From: an uncultured Acidimicrobiaceae bacterium
Lineage (GTDB): Bacteria; Actinomycetota; Acidimicrobiia; Acidimicrobiales; Ilumatobacteraceae
NCBI GenBank assembly: GCA_963827775.1
Contig: CAWHCI010000006.1
Location: forward strand, 335,052-399,051
Reading direction: 5' to 3'
Length of the DNA stretch: 64,000 bases
Part shown: piece after piece, positions 11,038 to 21,407 of the stretch
Layout of the letters: each line of letters begins with the position of its first letter
Numbering within the stretch: the first letter of the stretch is position 1
Notes under the pieces: generated by a model
The model's database searches: none
Seen by the model: only the letters and a program-made list of their open reading frames with translations
Told to the model about the DNA's origin: nothing
Program-made: the position numbers and the translations under genes

Positions 11038-11576
11038 GTGCCGCACCGCGAGTGCTCGGGCTCCACCGCGGCCGGTGGTCACACGTCGGGTCCGGGACGC
11101 TGACCACCGCGACCGCCTGGGTGCTCGTTGCCTCGGTCCTCTTGGCCCTCAATCGCTTCGGAGGTCTGGCAACCAGCGAACCGCGGTCGTTCGTTCGCCT
11201 CGCCCTGGTCGGGGTGTGGGGATGGCTGGGCATCTCGCTCGTCGCATGGGTCGTCGTGTCGTTCCCGGTCGGGCGGAGCCGGGCGCACCCGACCCCACGT
11301 TCGGTGCTCGCCGTGGTCGGGGCGGCACATGTGCCGATGGTCTGGCTGGCGGCGACGCTCTTCCTGGCCGCGGGCGCGCTGCAGCTGCTCTGGCCCGGCT
11401 TCGTGATGGCGGTATTCGTGCTCGCGATCTGGTTTCCCGCGTCGCTGTTCAGAGGGCTCCAGCTCGGCTGTGGTGTCAGCGTGGGCCGGGCACTCGTGGC
11501 GACCGTCGTGTCGTACGCAGCGTGGTCAGTGGTGATCGGACGGGAGTTGCAGGCGCAACTCGGTCATCTCGTGTGA
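11025..11576 (+). CDS. Membrane protein (about 5 TM, Yip1-like), overlapping the selenoprotein stop
   Basis: Hydrophobic helices, VGAAHVP motif; family assignment tentative. Confidence 0.6.
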   Translation: MATLSAAPRVLGLHRGRWSHVGSGTLTTATAWVLVASVLLALNRFGGLATSEPRSFVRLALVGVWGWLGISLVAWVVVSFPVGRSRAHPTPRSVLAVVGAAHVPMVWLAATLFLAAGALQLLWPGFVMAVFVLAIWFPASLFRGLQLGCGVSVGRALVATVVSYAAWSVVIGRELQAQLGHLV

Positions 11577-11649
11577 GCGCGCCGCCCTGGCCGCTCGAAG
11601 GCGATCGCGCTACGTTGCGTGTCGGGCGGCTACTGCCGGAGGAGACACC

Positions 11650-11934
11650 ATGTCGAAGAAGTCGTTGATCCTGCTCCTGCTGCTGATCGTGGTGATCGCA
11701 GCGGTCTCGAAGAAGTCCCGTTCCCGACAGAGCTCGGAATGGCACGGGCTGACCGAGAGCGAGGCCAGGTCGAAGCTCGACGCCAAGCTCCCGGGCAAGA
11801 TCCCGGCCGAGAAGCGGAGCGCCATCTCCGACAAGGTGGTCGGCAAGATGCGCGAACGAGGCGTCATCGTGGACGACGCCGGAGAGGCGTCCGATCAGAC
11901 CGACCCGGTCGCCGACGACGCCACGGCGAGCTGA
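11650..11934 (+). CDS. Small hypothetical protein with N-terminal TM helix
   Basis: GGAGGAG RBS; MSKKSLILLLLLIVVIAAV...WHGLTESEARSKLDAKLP. Confidence 0.75.
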   Translation: MSKKSLILLLLLIVVIAAVSKKSRSRQSSEWHGLTESEARSKLDAKLPGKIPAEKRSAISDKVVGKMRERGVIVDDAGEASDQTDPVADDATAS

Positions 11935-12016
11935 CCCGACCGGCGCGGCCGACACCCCACGTCCCGGCGGCCCACGTTCCGGTGGCTCGGATCGCCCGAG
12001 GGCGCCGACACGCGTC

Positions 12017-12045
12017 TTGACTTCATATTCGTACGAATCTATTCT
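12017..12045 (+). promoter_or_regulatory. Sigma70-type promoter with palindromic operator (probable MarR site)
   Basis: TTGACT (12017-12022), 17-bp spacer, TATTCT (12040-12045); perfect palindrome ATTCGTACGAAT at 12027-12038 inside the spacer. Confidence 0.75.
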
Positions 12046-12052
12046 CGCGGGC

Positions 12053-12526
12053 GTGGGCCGGCCCGATACGAGCTTTCTGAGCAGCTACCTCCCGTACCTG
12101 CTGCGTCAGGCCGACCAGACGCTGTCCGCCCCGTTCTACGCACGGCTCACACGTCACGGCATCGCCCGGTCGGAATGGCGGGTGCTCGCCGTGCTGCGTG
12201 AGTTCGGCGAGCTGTGTGTCGCCGACCTCGCGGCGGCCGCACTGAGCCCACAACCCACCGTGACGCACGCACTGCGCCGGCTCGAACAACGCGAGCTGGT
12301 CGTCCGCACGCCCGGGACCGACGACAAGCGGCAGCGGTTCGTCTCGATCACACCGTCCGGATCGCGGCTGACCGCGGCCCTGATCGCCGAAGCCCGCGAG
12401 CTCGAAGCGGACGCCCTCGCGGATGCCGGCGACCTGTCCGAGCTCGTCGCCCAGCTCCAGGCGCTGTCCGAGACGGCAGAGGCGGGGGTCCGGCGGCACG
12501 CCGAGAAGACCGCTCGTGCGGGATGA
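12053..12526 (+). CDS. MarR-family transcriptional regulator
   Basis: YLPYLLRQA, EWRVLAVL, QPTVTHALRRLE, DKRQRFVSITPSG; GTG at 12053 fits a leaderless start. Confidence 0.92.
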   Translation: MGRPDTSFLSSYLPYLLRQADQTLSAPFYARLTRHGIARSEWRVLAVLREFGELCVADLAAAALSPQPTVTHALRRLEQRELVVRTPGTDDKRQRFVSITPSGSRLTAALIAEARELEADALADAGDLSELVAQLQALSETAEAGVRRHAEKTARAG

Positions 12527-12551
12527 CACGACCATCGACGAGAAGGCAGCC

Positions 12552-13107
12552 ATGACCCAGTACGACCCGAGCCCCGCCGACCGCCGGCCGTTCAGCCTGT
12601 CGGAGTGGATCGACGACCACCGAGACGGAGCTGACGCCGCCGGTGGCGAACAGCCAGATCTGGCGGGAGGCCGACATGATCGTGATGATCGTGGGCGGTG
12701 GGAACGAGCGCAACGACTTCCACGACGATCCGCGGGAGGAGTTCTTCTTCCAGATCAAGGGCGACATGAACCTGGTGATCTGGCCCGAGGAGGGCACCGA
12801 GCCGTTCGACATGCCGATCCGCGAGGGCGACGTGTATCTGCTGCCACCGCACGTGCGCCACTCCCCGCAGCGGCCCGATCCCGACTCGATCGGGCTCGTC
12901 GTCGAATACCAGCGCAGCACCGGTGAGCTCGACGCATTCGAGTGGGTCTGTCCCGAGTGCGCCCACCTCGTACACCGGGTCGAGGTCCAGGTGCAGGCGA
13001 TCGACCAGGATCTCCCTCCGCTGTTCGCGGCGTTCGAGTCCGATCACGTCGCACGCACCTGCCCCGACTGCGGCACGCTGCATCCCGGCAAGGACGGTCG
13101 ATTGTGA
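12552..13107 (+). CDS. nbaC: 3-hydroxyanthranilate 3,4-dioxygenase (frameshift near 12625)
   Basis: [38 protein letters not shown]; rubredoxin-like CPEC and CPDC. Confidence 0.93.
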
Positions 13108-14363
13108 CCGCATCGACCCTGCCGAGTGCCGCCGAACTCGACGCCGCCGACCCGCTCGCCCGGTTCCGGCGACGAGTTCGAGCTCCCCGACGGCATCTAC
13201 CTCGTCGGCAATTCGCTCGGCGCCATGCCGAAGGCGGCACGCGACTACGTCGACGCCGAGCTCGACCGATGGGGCTCGCTCGGCGTGGAGGGCCACTTCA
13301 CCGGCGACCTCGCGTGGAAGGACTACCACGAGCTGCTCACCGATCAGTTCGCCGCGATCGTCGGGGCCCGACACGACGAGGTCGTGGCGATGAACGCGCT
13401 CACCGTCAACCTCCATCTGCTGATGGTCAGCTTCTACCGCCCCTCACCCGAGCGCCACAAGATCCTGCATCGAGCGCCACGCGTTCCCGTCCGATCACTT
13501 CGCGGTCGAGTCACAGATCCGCCAGCGTGGGTTCGACCCCGCCGAGTCGCTCGATCGTCGTGGGCCCACGCGACGGCGAGGAGACGCTGCGCCCCGGCGA
13601 CATCCTGGCCACGATCGCCGAACACGGCGACCAACTCGCTCTCGTCCTGCTGCCCGGCGTGCAGTACTACACGGGTCAGGTGCTGCCCATGGCCGACATC
13701 ATCGCGGCCGGTCACGCCGTCGGCGCTCGGGTCGGGTTCGACCTGGCCCACGCGGTCGGCAACGTCGAGCTCGACCTGCACGACTGGGACGTCGACTTCG
13801 CGGCGTGGTGCACGTACAAGTACCTCAACAGCGGTCCGGGCGGAGTCGCCGGTGCGTTCGTGCACGATCGCCACGTCGCCGACCGGACCTGCCGAAGTTC
13901 CTGGGGTGGTGGGGGACCGAACCGACGACCCGCTTCGAGATGGCGACCGTGTTCGAGGCGATTCCCACGGTCGAGTCGTGGCAGATCAGCAACGCCCCGA
14001 TCCTGTCGATGGCGGCACTGCGGGCCTCGCTCGACGTCATCGACGACGCCGGCGGCGATCGGCGCCATGCGGCAGAAGTCGGAGCACCAGATCGCGTACA
14101 TCGACCATCGGCTCGACGAGACGCTCGGCGATCGCGTCGAGAACGTCACTCCGCGGACGCTGACGAGCGCGGGCTGCCAGTTCGCGCTGCGGGTCGTCAG
14201 CCGGGTATCGACGGCCCGACGGTCTTCGAGCGAGCTCGAGCGGCTGTGTCGCTCTGCGACTGGCGCGAACCCGACGTCATCCGGGTCGCGCCGGTGCCGC
14301 TGTACAACTCCTTCGCCGACATCGATCGATTCGTCGACGATCCTCGACGGGCTGCTCCGATGA
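13104..14363 (+). CDS. kynU: Kynureninase (frameshifted)
   Basis: [72 protein letters not shown]. Confidence 0.94.
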   Translation: MTASTLPSAAELDAADPLARFRRRVRAPRRHLPRRQFARRHAEGGTRLRRRRARPMGLARRGGPLHRRPRVEGLPRAAHRSVRRDRRGPTRRGRGDERAHRQPPSADGQLLPPLTRAPQDPASSATRSRPITSRSSHRSASVGSTPPSRSIVVGPRDGEETLRPGDILATIAEHGDQLALVLLPGVQYYTGQVLPMADIIAAGHAVGARVGFDLAHAVGNVELDLHDWDVDFAAWCTYKYLNSGPGGVAGAFVHDRHVADRTCRSSWGGGGPNRRPASRWRPCSRRFPRSSRGRSATPRSCRWRHCGPRSTSSTTPAAIGAMRQKSEHQIAYIDHRLDETLGDRVENVTPRTLTSAGCQFALRVVSRVSTARRSSSELERLCRSATGANPTSSGSRRCRCTTPSPTSIDSSTILDGLLR

Positions 14364-15766
14364 CCGCCTCGGCGAGAACGGGCCGATCGTCGTCGTCGGT
14401 GCCGGCCCCTGCCGGCGCCCTCCTGTCGATCTACCTGGCCGAGCAGGGACACGAGGTGATGGTGTACGAGAGTCGGCCCGATCTTCGTCGGGTCGACATC
14501 GGCGGCGGCCGTTCGATCAACCTGGCCCTGGCCACGCGAGGCATCGTGCCGCTGGTCGACGTCGGCGTGATCGAGCAGGTCGATGCCATCACCATCCCCA
14601 TGAAGGGCCGCATGGTCCATGCCGACGGGATCCGACGGCCCGATCCTTCAGGCCTACGGCAGTCAAGCCGCACGAGGTCATCCACTCGATCTCGCGCGGC
14701 GATCTGAACGCGATCCTGCTCGACCGGGCCGAGGCGACGGGCCGGGTCCGCATCGAGTTCGAGCAACGGTGCTCGACTCGGTCGACTTCGACTCGCTCGA
14801 TGCTCGCCCTCACCGGTTCGACGATCGAGCCACGACCGCCCCTTCGGTGTGCGTCTTCGGCGCCGACGGAGCCGGTTCGCAGGTCCGCGAGTCGATGTCG
14901 GCGGTGAGCGGGCGAGCACGTCCGACATCGACTGGCTCGACCACGGCTACAAGGAGCTCACCCTGCCGCCCGGCGACGACGGCGGCCATCCGCCTCGACC
15001 CGAACGCGCTCCACATCTGGCCGCGGGGCGAGTTCATGCTGATCGCGTTGGCCAACCCCGACCGGCGACTTCACCGTCACGCTCTTCGCCCCGAACAGGG
15101 ACCCGAGACGTTCGCGGCGCTCGACGACACCCGAACAGGTCGAGCAGTTCTTCGCAGGCGAGTTCCCCGACTTCGCCGCGCTGGTGCCCGATCTGGTCGA
15201 CGCAGTTCCTCGACAATCCCACCGGTCGCGCTCGCCACCCTGCGGGCCATCGGATGGAGCCACGGCGATCAGGCGGTGGTCGTCGGCGACGCGGCCCACG
15301 CCATCGTGCCGTTCCACGGCCAGGGCATGAACGCCGGCGATGGAGTCGGCCCGGGCCCTCGACCGGCACCTCTGCCGACCGGCCGGACGACCTCGCCGGC
15401 GGCGTTCCGGCGCTTCGAGGCCGACCGCAAACCCGACGCCGATGCCATCGCCGACATGGCCCTCGACAACTACGTCGAGATGCGCGCCGGCGTCGTCGAC
15501 CCCGACTACCTCGCCGAAGCGAGACGCTGGCGCTCGAGCTCGAGCGGCGCCATCCCGAGCACCTCAGCCCTCGGTACAACATGGTGATGTTCTCGACGAT
15601 GCCCTACGCCGAGGCCCGAGACCGGGCGCGCCGCCAGGCAGGCCGAGATCATCGCCGCCGCCATCGCCGACCCGCTCGATCGACGTCGATGCCCTCGTCG
15701 CCGCACTCCCGATCCGCTGCCCGAACTCGACCCACTCGCCGACCCGACGCCCTCTCGGTCTCATGA
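14360..15766 (+). CDS. kmo: Kynurenine 3-monooxygenase (frameshifted)
   Basis: [73 protein letters not shown]. Confidence 0.94.
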
Positions 15767-16585
15767 GCCTGCCCTTCGAGACCGACCGACGACTTCACCT
15801 ACGGCAGCTACCTCAAGATCGCCGAGCTGCTCTCGCTCCAGCAGTGCGGTCGGTCGACGCCGAGACCGGGCGAGCCCGAGCACGACGAGACGCTGTTCAT
15901 CATCATCCACCAGGTCTACGAGCTGTGGTTCAAGCAGATGCTGCACGAGCTCGACTCATCGTGGCGCTGCTCGGACGACCACGACGTCATCGGGGCACGC
16001 CACCACCTGAAGCGGGTGCTGAAGATCATGAAGACGCTGGTCGGACAGCTCGACGTGCTCGAGACCATGACGCCCGCCGAGTTCGCCGAGCTTCCGGTCG
16101 TTCCTCGCCAACGCGAGCGGGTTCCAGTCGGCGCAGTTCCGCGAGCTCGAGTTCCTGCTCGGCATCAAGGACCGGGTGCAGCTCGACTGGTTCGAGGGCG
16201 ACCGAAGGCGCACCGGCTCGACCGCTCGATACGAGGCCCCGACGATCTGGGACGCCTTCGTGCACGTGCTGCACCGCGACGGCTACGACGTTCCCGCCGA
16301 GGTGCTCGATCGCGACGTCCGCGAACCGATCGACCGCGAACGCCGCGCTGCAGGCCGCTGATCGTCGAGCGGTACGCGCGACCCGAGTATCGCCGGCCTG
16401 TGCGAGACGCTCACCGACCTCGACGAGGGCCTCCAGGAGTGGCGCTACCGCCACGTGATGATGGTGCAGCGCACGATCGGTACCAAGACCCGGCACCGGT
16501 GGCTCCGACGGCGCCGCCTACCTGGCCACCACCCTCTTCCGACCCGGCGTTCCCCGACCTGTGGGCGATCCGCACGGCGTTCTGA
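15763..16585 (+). CDS. kynA: Tryptophan 2,3-dioxygenase (frameshifted)
   Basis: TYGSYL, HDETLFIIIHQVYELWFKQMLHE, LETMTP, ASGFQSAQFRELEF, QEWRYRHVMMVQRTIG, FPDLWAIR. Confidence 0.94.
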
Positions 16586-16626
16586 CCCATGGCCGACGAC
16601 CGACACGTGCACGCAACCAGAAGCAG

Positions 16627-16696
16627 CCATCCGAGCATGAACCATCCGAGCATGAACCATCCGAGCTGAACCATCGAGCCCATGACGTATCCGGAG
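16627..16696 (+). repeat. Tandem 15-bp repeat CCATCCGAGCATGAA (about 4 decaying copies) running into the ALDH start
   Basis: Two exact copies at 16627-16656, then degenerate copies; the last reads CATGACGTATCCGGAG, which is the gene start. Confidence 0.85.
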
Positions 16697-18124
16697 TTGC
16701 AGCTCTACATCGACGGTTCGTGGAGGACGACCGGCGCCGACCTCCCGGTCCACGACCCGGCGACCGAAGACGTGATCGGCCGCCTCCCCGTCGCCGGACC
16801 CGCCGACCTCGACGACGCCCTCGCCGCCGCCGCGCGCGGATTCGAGGCGTGGCGCCAGGTCGCGCCGAAGGACCGGGCCGACCTGATCCGTGAAGCGTCG
16901 CGCCTCATGCGCGAACGGCAGGACGAGATCGCGCACTCGATCACGCTCGAACACGGTAAACCGATCGAACAGGCGCGGCTCGAGGTGATCCGTGGGTGCG
17001 AGTTCTTCGAGTGGGACGCCGGCGAGGCGGTGCGCACGTACGGCCGCGTGATCCCGAGCGCACCCGGCGTGAAGTACATCGTGCATCATCACCCGATCGG
17101 CCCGGTCGCCGCGTTCTCGCCGTGGAACTTCCCGATGAGCCAGCCGGCACGCAAGATCGCCGGGGCGCTGGCGTCGGGCTGTTCGATCATGCTGAAGGCC
17201 GCCGAGGAGACACCGGCCGGGGCGCATCCACATCGCCCGCGCCTTCCATGACGTCGGCCTGCCGCCGGGCGTGCTCAACCTCGTCTTCGGCGTGCCCGCC
17301 GACATCTCCGGACACCTGATCCCGAGCGACATCGTCAAGCTGGTGGCGTTCACGGGATCGACGGCCGTCGGTCGCCATCTCACCGGGTTGGCGTCCGACC
17401 ACATGACACCGGTGCTCATGGAGCTCGGCGGCCACGCCCCGGTCATCGTCTGCGAGGACACCGACGTCGACGCCGCCGCCGCGAGCTCCGCGGTGCGCAC
17501 GATGCGCAACGCCGGCCAGGTCTGCACGTCGCCGACCCGGTTCTTCGTGCACGAGCAGCATCTTCGACCGGTTCCTCGACGTGTTCACGACGCGCGCGCC
17601 GAGGCGACGGTCGTCGGCAACGGCATGGAACCCGGCGTCGAGATGGGACCGCTCGCCAACGATCGTCGCGTCGCCGCGCTCGACCGAGCTGGTCGCCGAC
17701 GCCCGCGACGCCGGCGCCGACGTGCATGACCGGCGGCAGCCGGATCGGATACGACCGGCTACTTCTTCGAGCCGACGGTGCTCGCCAACGTGCCCGACCG
17801 ACGCGCGGGTGATGCAGGAGGAACCGTTCGGCCCGCTCGCGATCGTCAACCCGGTCGACTCGCTCGACGACCGCGATCGAGCAGGCCAACTCGGTGCCGT
17901 ACGGGCTGGCCGCCTACGGATTCACCAATCGCGCCGACTACGTCGACCGGATGGTCGACGGCGTCGAGGCGGGCAACCTGTCGATCAACACGCTCGAGGC
18001 GTCGCTGCCCGAGACACCGTTCGGTGGCGTGAAGTCGAGCGGCTACGGGCGCGAGGGTGGCTCCGAGGGCCTCCACCACTACATGGTCGTCAAGAACGTG
18101 TCCCACAGCATCTCCATCGTCTGA
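16682..18124 (+). CDS. NAD-dependent aldehyde dehydrogenase (succinate/alpha-ketoglutarate semialdehyde DH-like), frameshifted
   Basis: FSPWNFP, KAAEETP, FTGSTAVG, MELGGHAP, NAGQVCTSPTR, EEPFGP, PFGGVKSSGYGREGG. Confidence 0.92.
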
Positions 18125-18142
18125 ATCGAGGCACAGCGAACC

Positions 18143-19126
18143 ATGGAGTACATCACGACAGCGAGCGATGCCAAGGCCCACGCCAAGGCACACATGACCG
18201 GCATCTGGGCGGCGGCGCTCATGCCGTTCACCGACGATCTCCGCATCGACGAGGACGGGTTCCGGGAGAACATCCGCCACTGGACCCGGGATCTGGGCAT
18301 CGAGGGGCTGTTCATCTCGGGCAAGCAGGGCGAGTTCTTCTCGATGACGGTCGACGAACGCAAACGCACGCTTCGAGCTCGCCGTCGAGGCGACCGGCGA
18401 CGACGGCCAGACGATCATGTCGTGCTCCGACCAGAACATGGACGTCGTCGCTCGACCTCGCCCGCCACGCCGAGCAGGTCGGCGCCGACTACATCGTCGT
18501 GCACGCCCCGGCCCTGCCACTTCAGCACGGCGCAGGACGAGACCCTCGTGCGGCTACTACCGCACGATCTCCGAGCAGCGTCGACATCGGCATCGCACTC
18601 TGGAGCCACCCCGACAGCGGCTACCTCATGTCGCCACGAGCTCTGCAACCGTCTCGCCGATCTCGACAACGTCGTGGCCATCAAGTACAGCGTGCCGCGG
18701 CCGATGTACGCCGAACTCACCGAGCTCGCCGTCCGACCGCATCCAGGTCAGCACCGCGTCCGAGGACGAGTGGCTCGACAACATCATCGAGCTCGACTGG
18801 ACGCTGTACCTGTGCTCGTCGCCGCCGTTCCTGCTGCAGACGGCGACGGATCGACGGATGCACGACTACACCCAGGCGGCGTTCGCCGGGCGACGCGACG
18901 AGGCCCGCGAGATCAGCCGGAGCCTCGATCCGGTCCGCGCCGCGCTCCGCGACACCCGACCCGCCGGAGAAGCCGCACGCCCATCAGAAGTACTGGCAGG
19001 AGCTGCTCGGCCAGGTCGGCGGTCGGGTCCGCGCCCCGCTGCTCGAACTGACCGACGACGAGAAGGCCGCGACGCGCGAGGCGTTCGAACGTGTGCGGCC
19101 TCGACGTGTCAGCCGGTCCGCCGTGA
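18143..19126 (+). CDS. Dihydrodipicolinate synthase-family (class I aldolase) protein, frameshifted
   Basis: GIWAAALMPF, GLFISGKQGEFFSM, GADYIVVH, Schiff-base Lys in VVAIKYS, GGRVRAPL. Confidence 0.88.
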
Positions 19127-19934
19127 CGACCGGCGAATCCGCTCCGTCTCGTCTTCATCGGCTGGGGTGCGATCGCGCGCACCGCTGCCGAGGCTGCTGA
19201 GCACGCCCCGGTCGACATCGTGGCGGTCGCCGTCAGCGATGGAGCCGTGCCACGACCCGAGCTCCCCGCCGCGGCGCGTGTGATCACCGATCCGGCCGAG
19301 CTCGCGGCGACCATGCCGGACGTCGTGGCCGAAGCGGCGGGCCGCGAGAGCGTCGAACCGTGGGGACGCGCCGCGCTCGGAGTCGGGCGTCGACTTCATC
19401 GTCTCGTCGGCATCGGCATTCGCCGACGCACAGGTGCTCGACTCGCTCCGCTCCGTGGCGAGCCGCACCGGAGCCCAGATCCACGTGCAACCCGGCGCAC
19501 TCGGCGGTGTCGACGCGTCTGTCGGCAGCACGAGCCATGGGCATCGATGCCGTCGAACACCGGATCGTCAAGCCGCCCGCCGCATGGCGGGGATCACCCG
19601 CCGAGTCGCTGTGTGCGCTCGACTCGCTCGACGCAACCGGAGGAGTTCTTCAGGGCCACGGCGGCCGAAGCCGCCTCACGCTTCCCGAAGAACGCGAACG
19701 TGGCGATGACGGTCTGCGCTCGCCGGTGTCGGGCCGGACCGCACCGAGATCACGCTGGTCGCCGACCCTGACGCCACGACGAACCGTCACGAGATCAGCG
19801 CGCACGGTGCATTCGGCCGGCTCGACGTCACGATCGCCAACATGCCGCTCCCGGCGAACCCCAAGACCTCCGCGATGGCCGCGTTGAACCTCGCCCGGGC
19901 GATCGAGCACCGCGTGGCCACCGTCGTCATCTGA
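19123..19934 (+). CDS. nadX: Aspartate dehydrogenase (NadX family), frameshifted
   Basis: FIGWGAIA, VVAEAAG, PGALGGVD, KPPAAW, FPKNANVA, NRHEI, NPKTSAMAALN. Confidence 0.85.
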
Positions 19935-19967
19935 CCGTGTCATCTGACCGCGTCATCTGACCGCGTC
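19925..19967 (+). repeat. Tandem 13-bp repeat (C/T)GTCATCTGACCG x3 duplicating the nadX stop region
   Basis: GTCATCTGACCG at 19926, 19939 and 19952. Confidence 0.9.
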
Positions 19968-20005
19968 GACGACCGGGGCCGACCGTCGACCAAGCAGAAC
20001 CGCCG

Positions 20006-21325
20006 CTACTTCGGGACGACCTCCACCGGAAGGTGCGTGTAGCCGTTCACGAACGACGAGAACGTGCGGGTCGGTTCACCCTGTACCTCGATGCGTTCGA
20101 AGCGCTGCAGGATCTCCTCCCACAGGATGCGCAACTGGAGCTCGGCGAGTCGGCTGCCCATGCACCGGTGGATACCGAACCCGAACGAGAGGTGGTGGTC
20201 GGCGTTCGGCCGCCCGATGTCGATCGCGTCGCCGTCGTCGAACACGTCCTCGTCACGGTTCGCCGAGACGTACCACAGGAGCACCTGGTCGTTCTCCCGG
20301 ATCTGCTTGCCGCCGATCTCGACGTCGTCGGTCGCGGTGCGGCGCATGTACGACAGGGGCGTCTGCCACCGGATGATCTCCGACACCATGTTGGGGATCA
20401 GGCTCGGGTCGGCGATCAGCTCGTCGTATTGGTCGGGGAACTCGTTCAGCCCGTAGACGCTGCCCGACATCGTGTTGCGCGTGGTGTCGTTGCCACCGAC
20501 GATCAGCAGCAACAGGTTGCCCAGGTGTGCTGCAGCGGGCATGTCCTTCGTGGCCTCACCGTGCACGAGCATCGACACCAGATCGTGACCGGGGTGCTCC
20601 TTGCGCTCCTCCCACAGCCGCGAGAAGTAGTCGACGCACTCCCTGAACTCGTCACGCTTCTGCGCCTGTGTCTCGACGAGACCACCGGGCTCGGGGATCG
20701 CGAACACGACGTCGGACCAACGGGTCAGCTTGCGACGATCCTCGAACGGGAAGTCGAACAGCGTCGCCAGCATCATCGTGGTCAGCTCGATCGACACCGC
20801 GTCCACCCAGTCGAACGTCTCGCCGACGGGCAGCGCCTCGAGCACGGCGACCGTGCGCTCCCGAATCAGGGGCTCCAGGTTCTGCAGGTTCGCCGGTTGG
20901 ACCGACGGAGTCACGGCCCGGCGCTGCTCGCGGTGTTGGGGCGGATCCATCGCGATGAACGACATCAGCCGGGAGACACCGCCGTCGTGCGCCGGATCCA
21001 GACGTTGGCCGAGCGTGATCCCCGACGCCGACGAGAACGACGTCCAGTCCATCTCGACCGCTTTCACGTCGTCGTACCTGGTGACCGACCAGTAGCGACC
21101 CGCAGTGGCGATCTCGTTCATGTGCACGGGGTCTTCATGGCGCAGGCGAGCGAAGTGGTCGTGCCATCGGTGGTCGCGGAACAGGTGCGCGTTCAGCGGA
21201 TTGATCTGGTCGACCGTGAGCTGGTCGGCGGGGGCGACGTCGGCGCCGAGTTCGGCCATCTCCTGCTCGGGGCTCACGAACTCCCGGTCGGGCCGGCCGG
21301 TCGTCCGGGCGGTGGTGTCGCTCAC
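20006..21325 (-). CDS. Cytochrome P450, CYP153-like
   Basis: [30 protein letters not shown], heme motif [10 protein letters not shown]. Confidence 0.93.
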   Translation of the reverse strand: MSDTTARTTGRPDREFVSPEQEMAELGADVAPADQLTVDQINPLNAHLFRDHRWHDHFARLRHEDPVHMNEIATAGRYWSVTRYDDVKAVEMDWTSFSSASGITLGQRLDPAHDGGVSRLMSFIAMDPPQHREQRRAVTPSVQPANLQNLEPLIRERTVAVLEALPVGETFDWVDAVSIELTTMMLATLFDFPFEDRRKLTRWSDVVFAIPEPGGLVETQAQKRDEFRECVDYFSRLWEERKEHPGHDLVSMLVHGEATKDMPAAAHLGNLLLLIVGGNDTTRNTMSGSVYGLNEFPDQYDELIADPSLIPNMVSEIIRWQTPLSYMRRTATDDVEIGGKQIRENDQVLLWYVSANRDEDVFDDGDAIDIGRPNADHHLSFGFGIHRCMGSRLAELQLRILWEEILQRFERIEVQGEPTRTFSSFVNGYTHLPVEVVPK

Positions 21326-21407
21326 GTCGGGCTCCTCGCGTCGTGCTGTTCCGATCATCGCACACGCCCGTCGGCGTGTGGCGGACGGGATCGCCGTCGC
21401 GGGGTCG

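Noticed and set aside
16627-16696. CRISPR-like array (also considered for 19925-19967 and 28643-28691)
   Set aside because: Units are head-to-tail with no spacers, and no cas genes are present.
12552-19934. Programmed frameshifting or whole-operon pseudogenisation
   Set aside because: Indels are numerous, lack slippery motifs and also hit unrelated genes; sequencing error is the simpler explanation.
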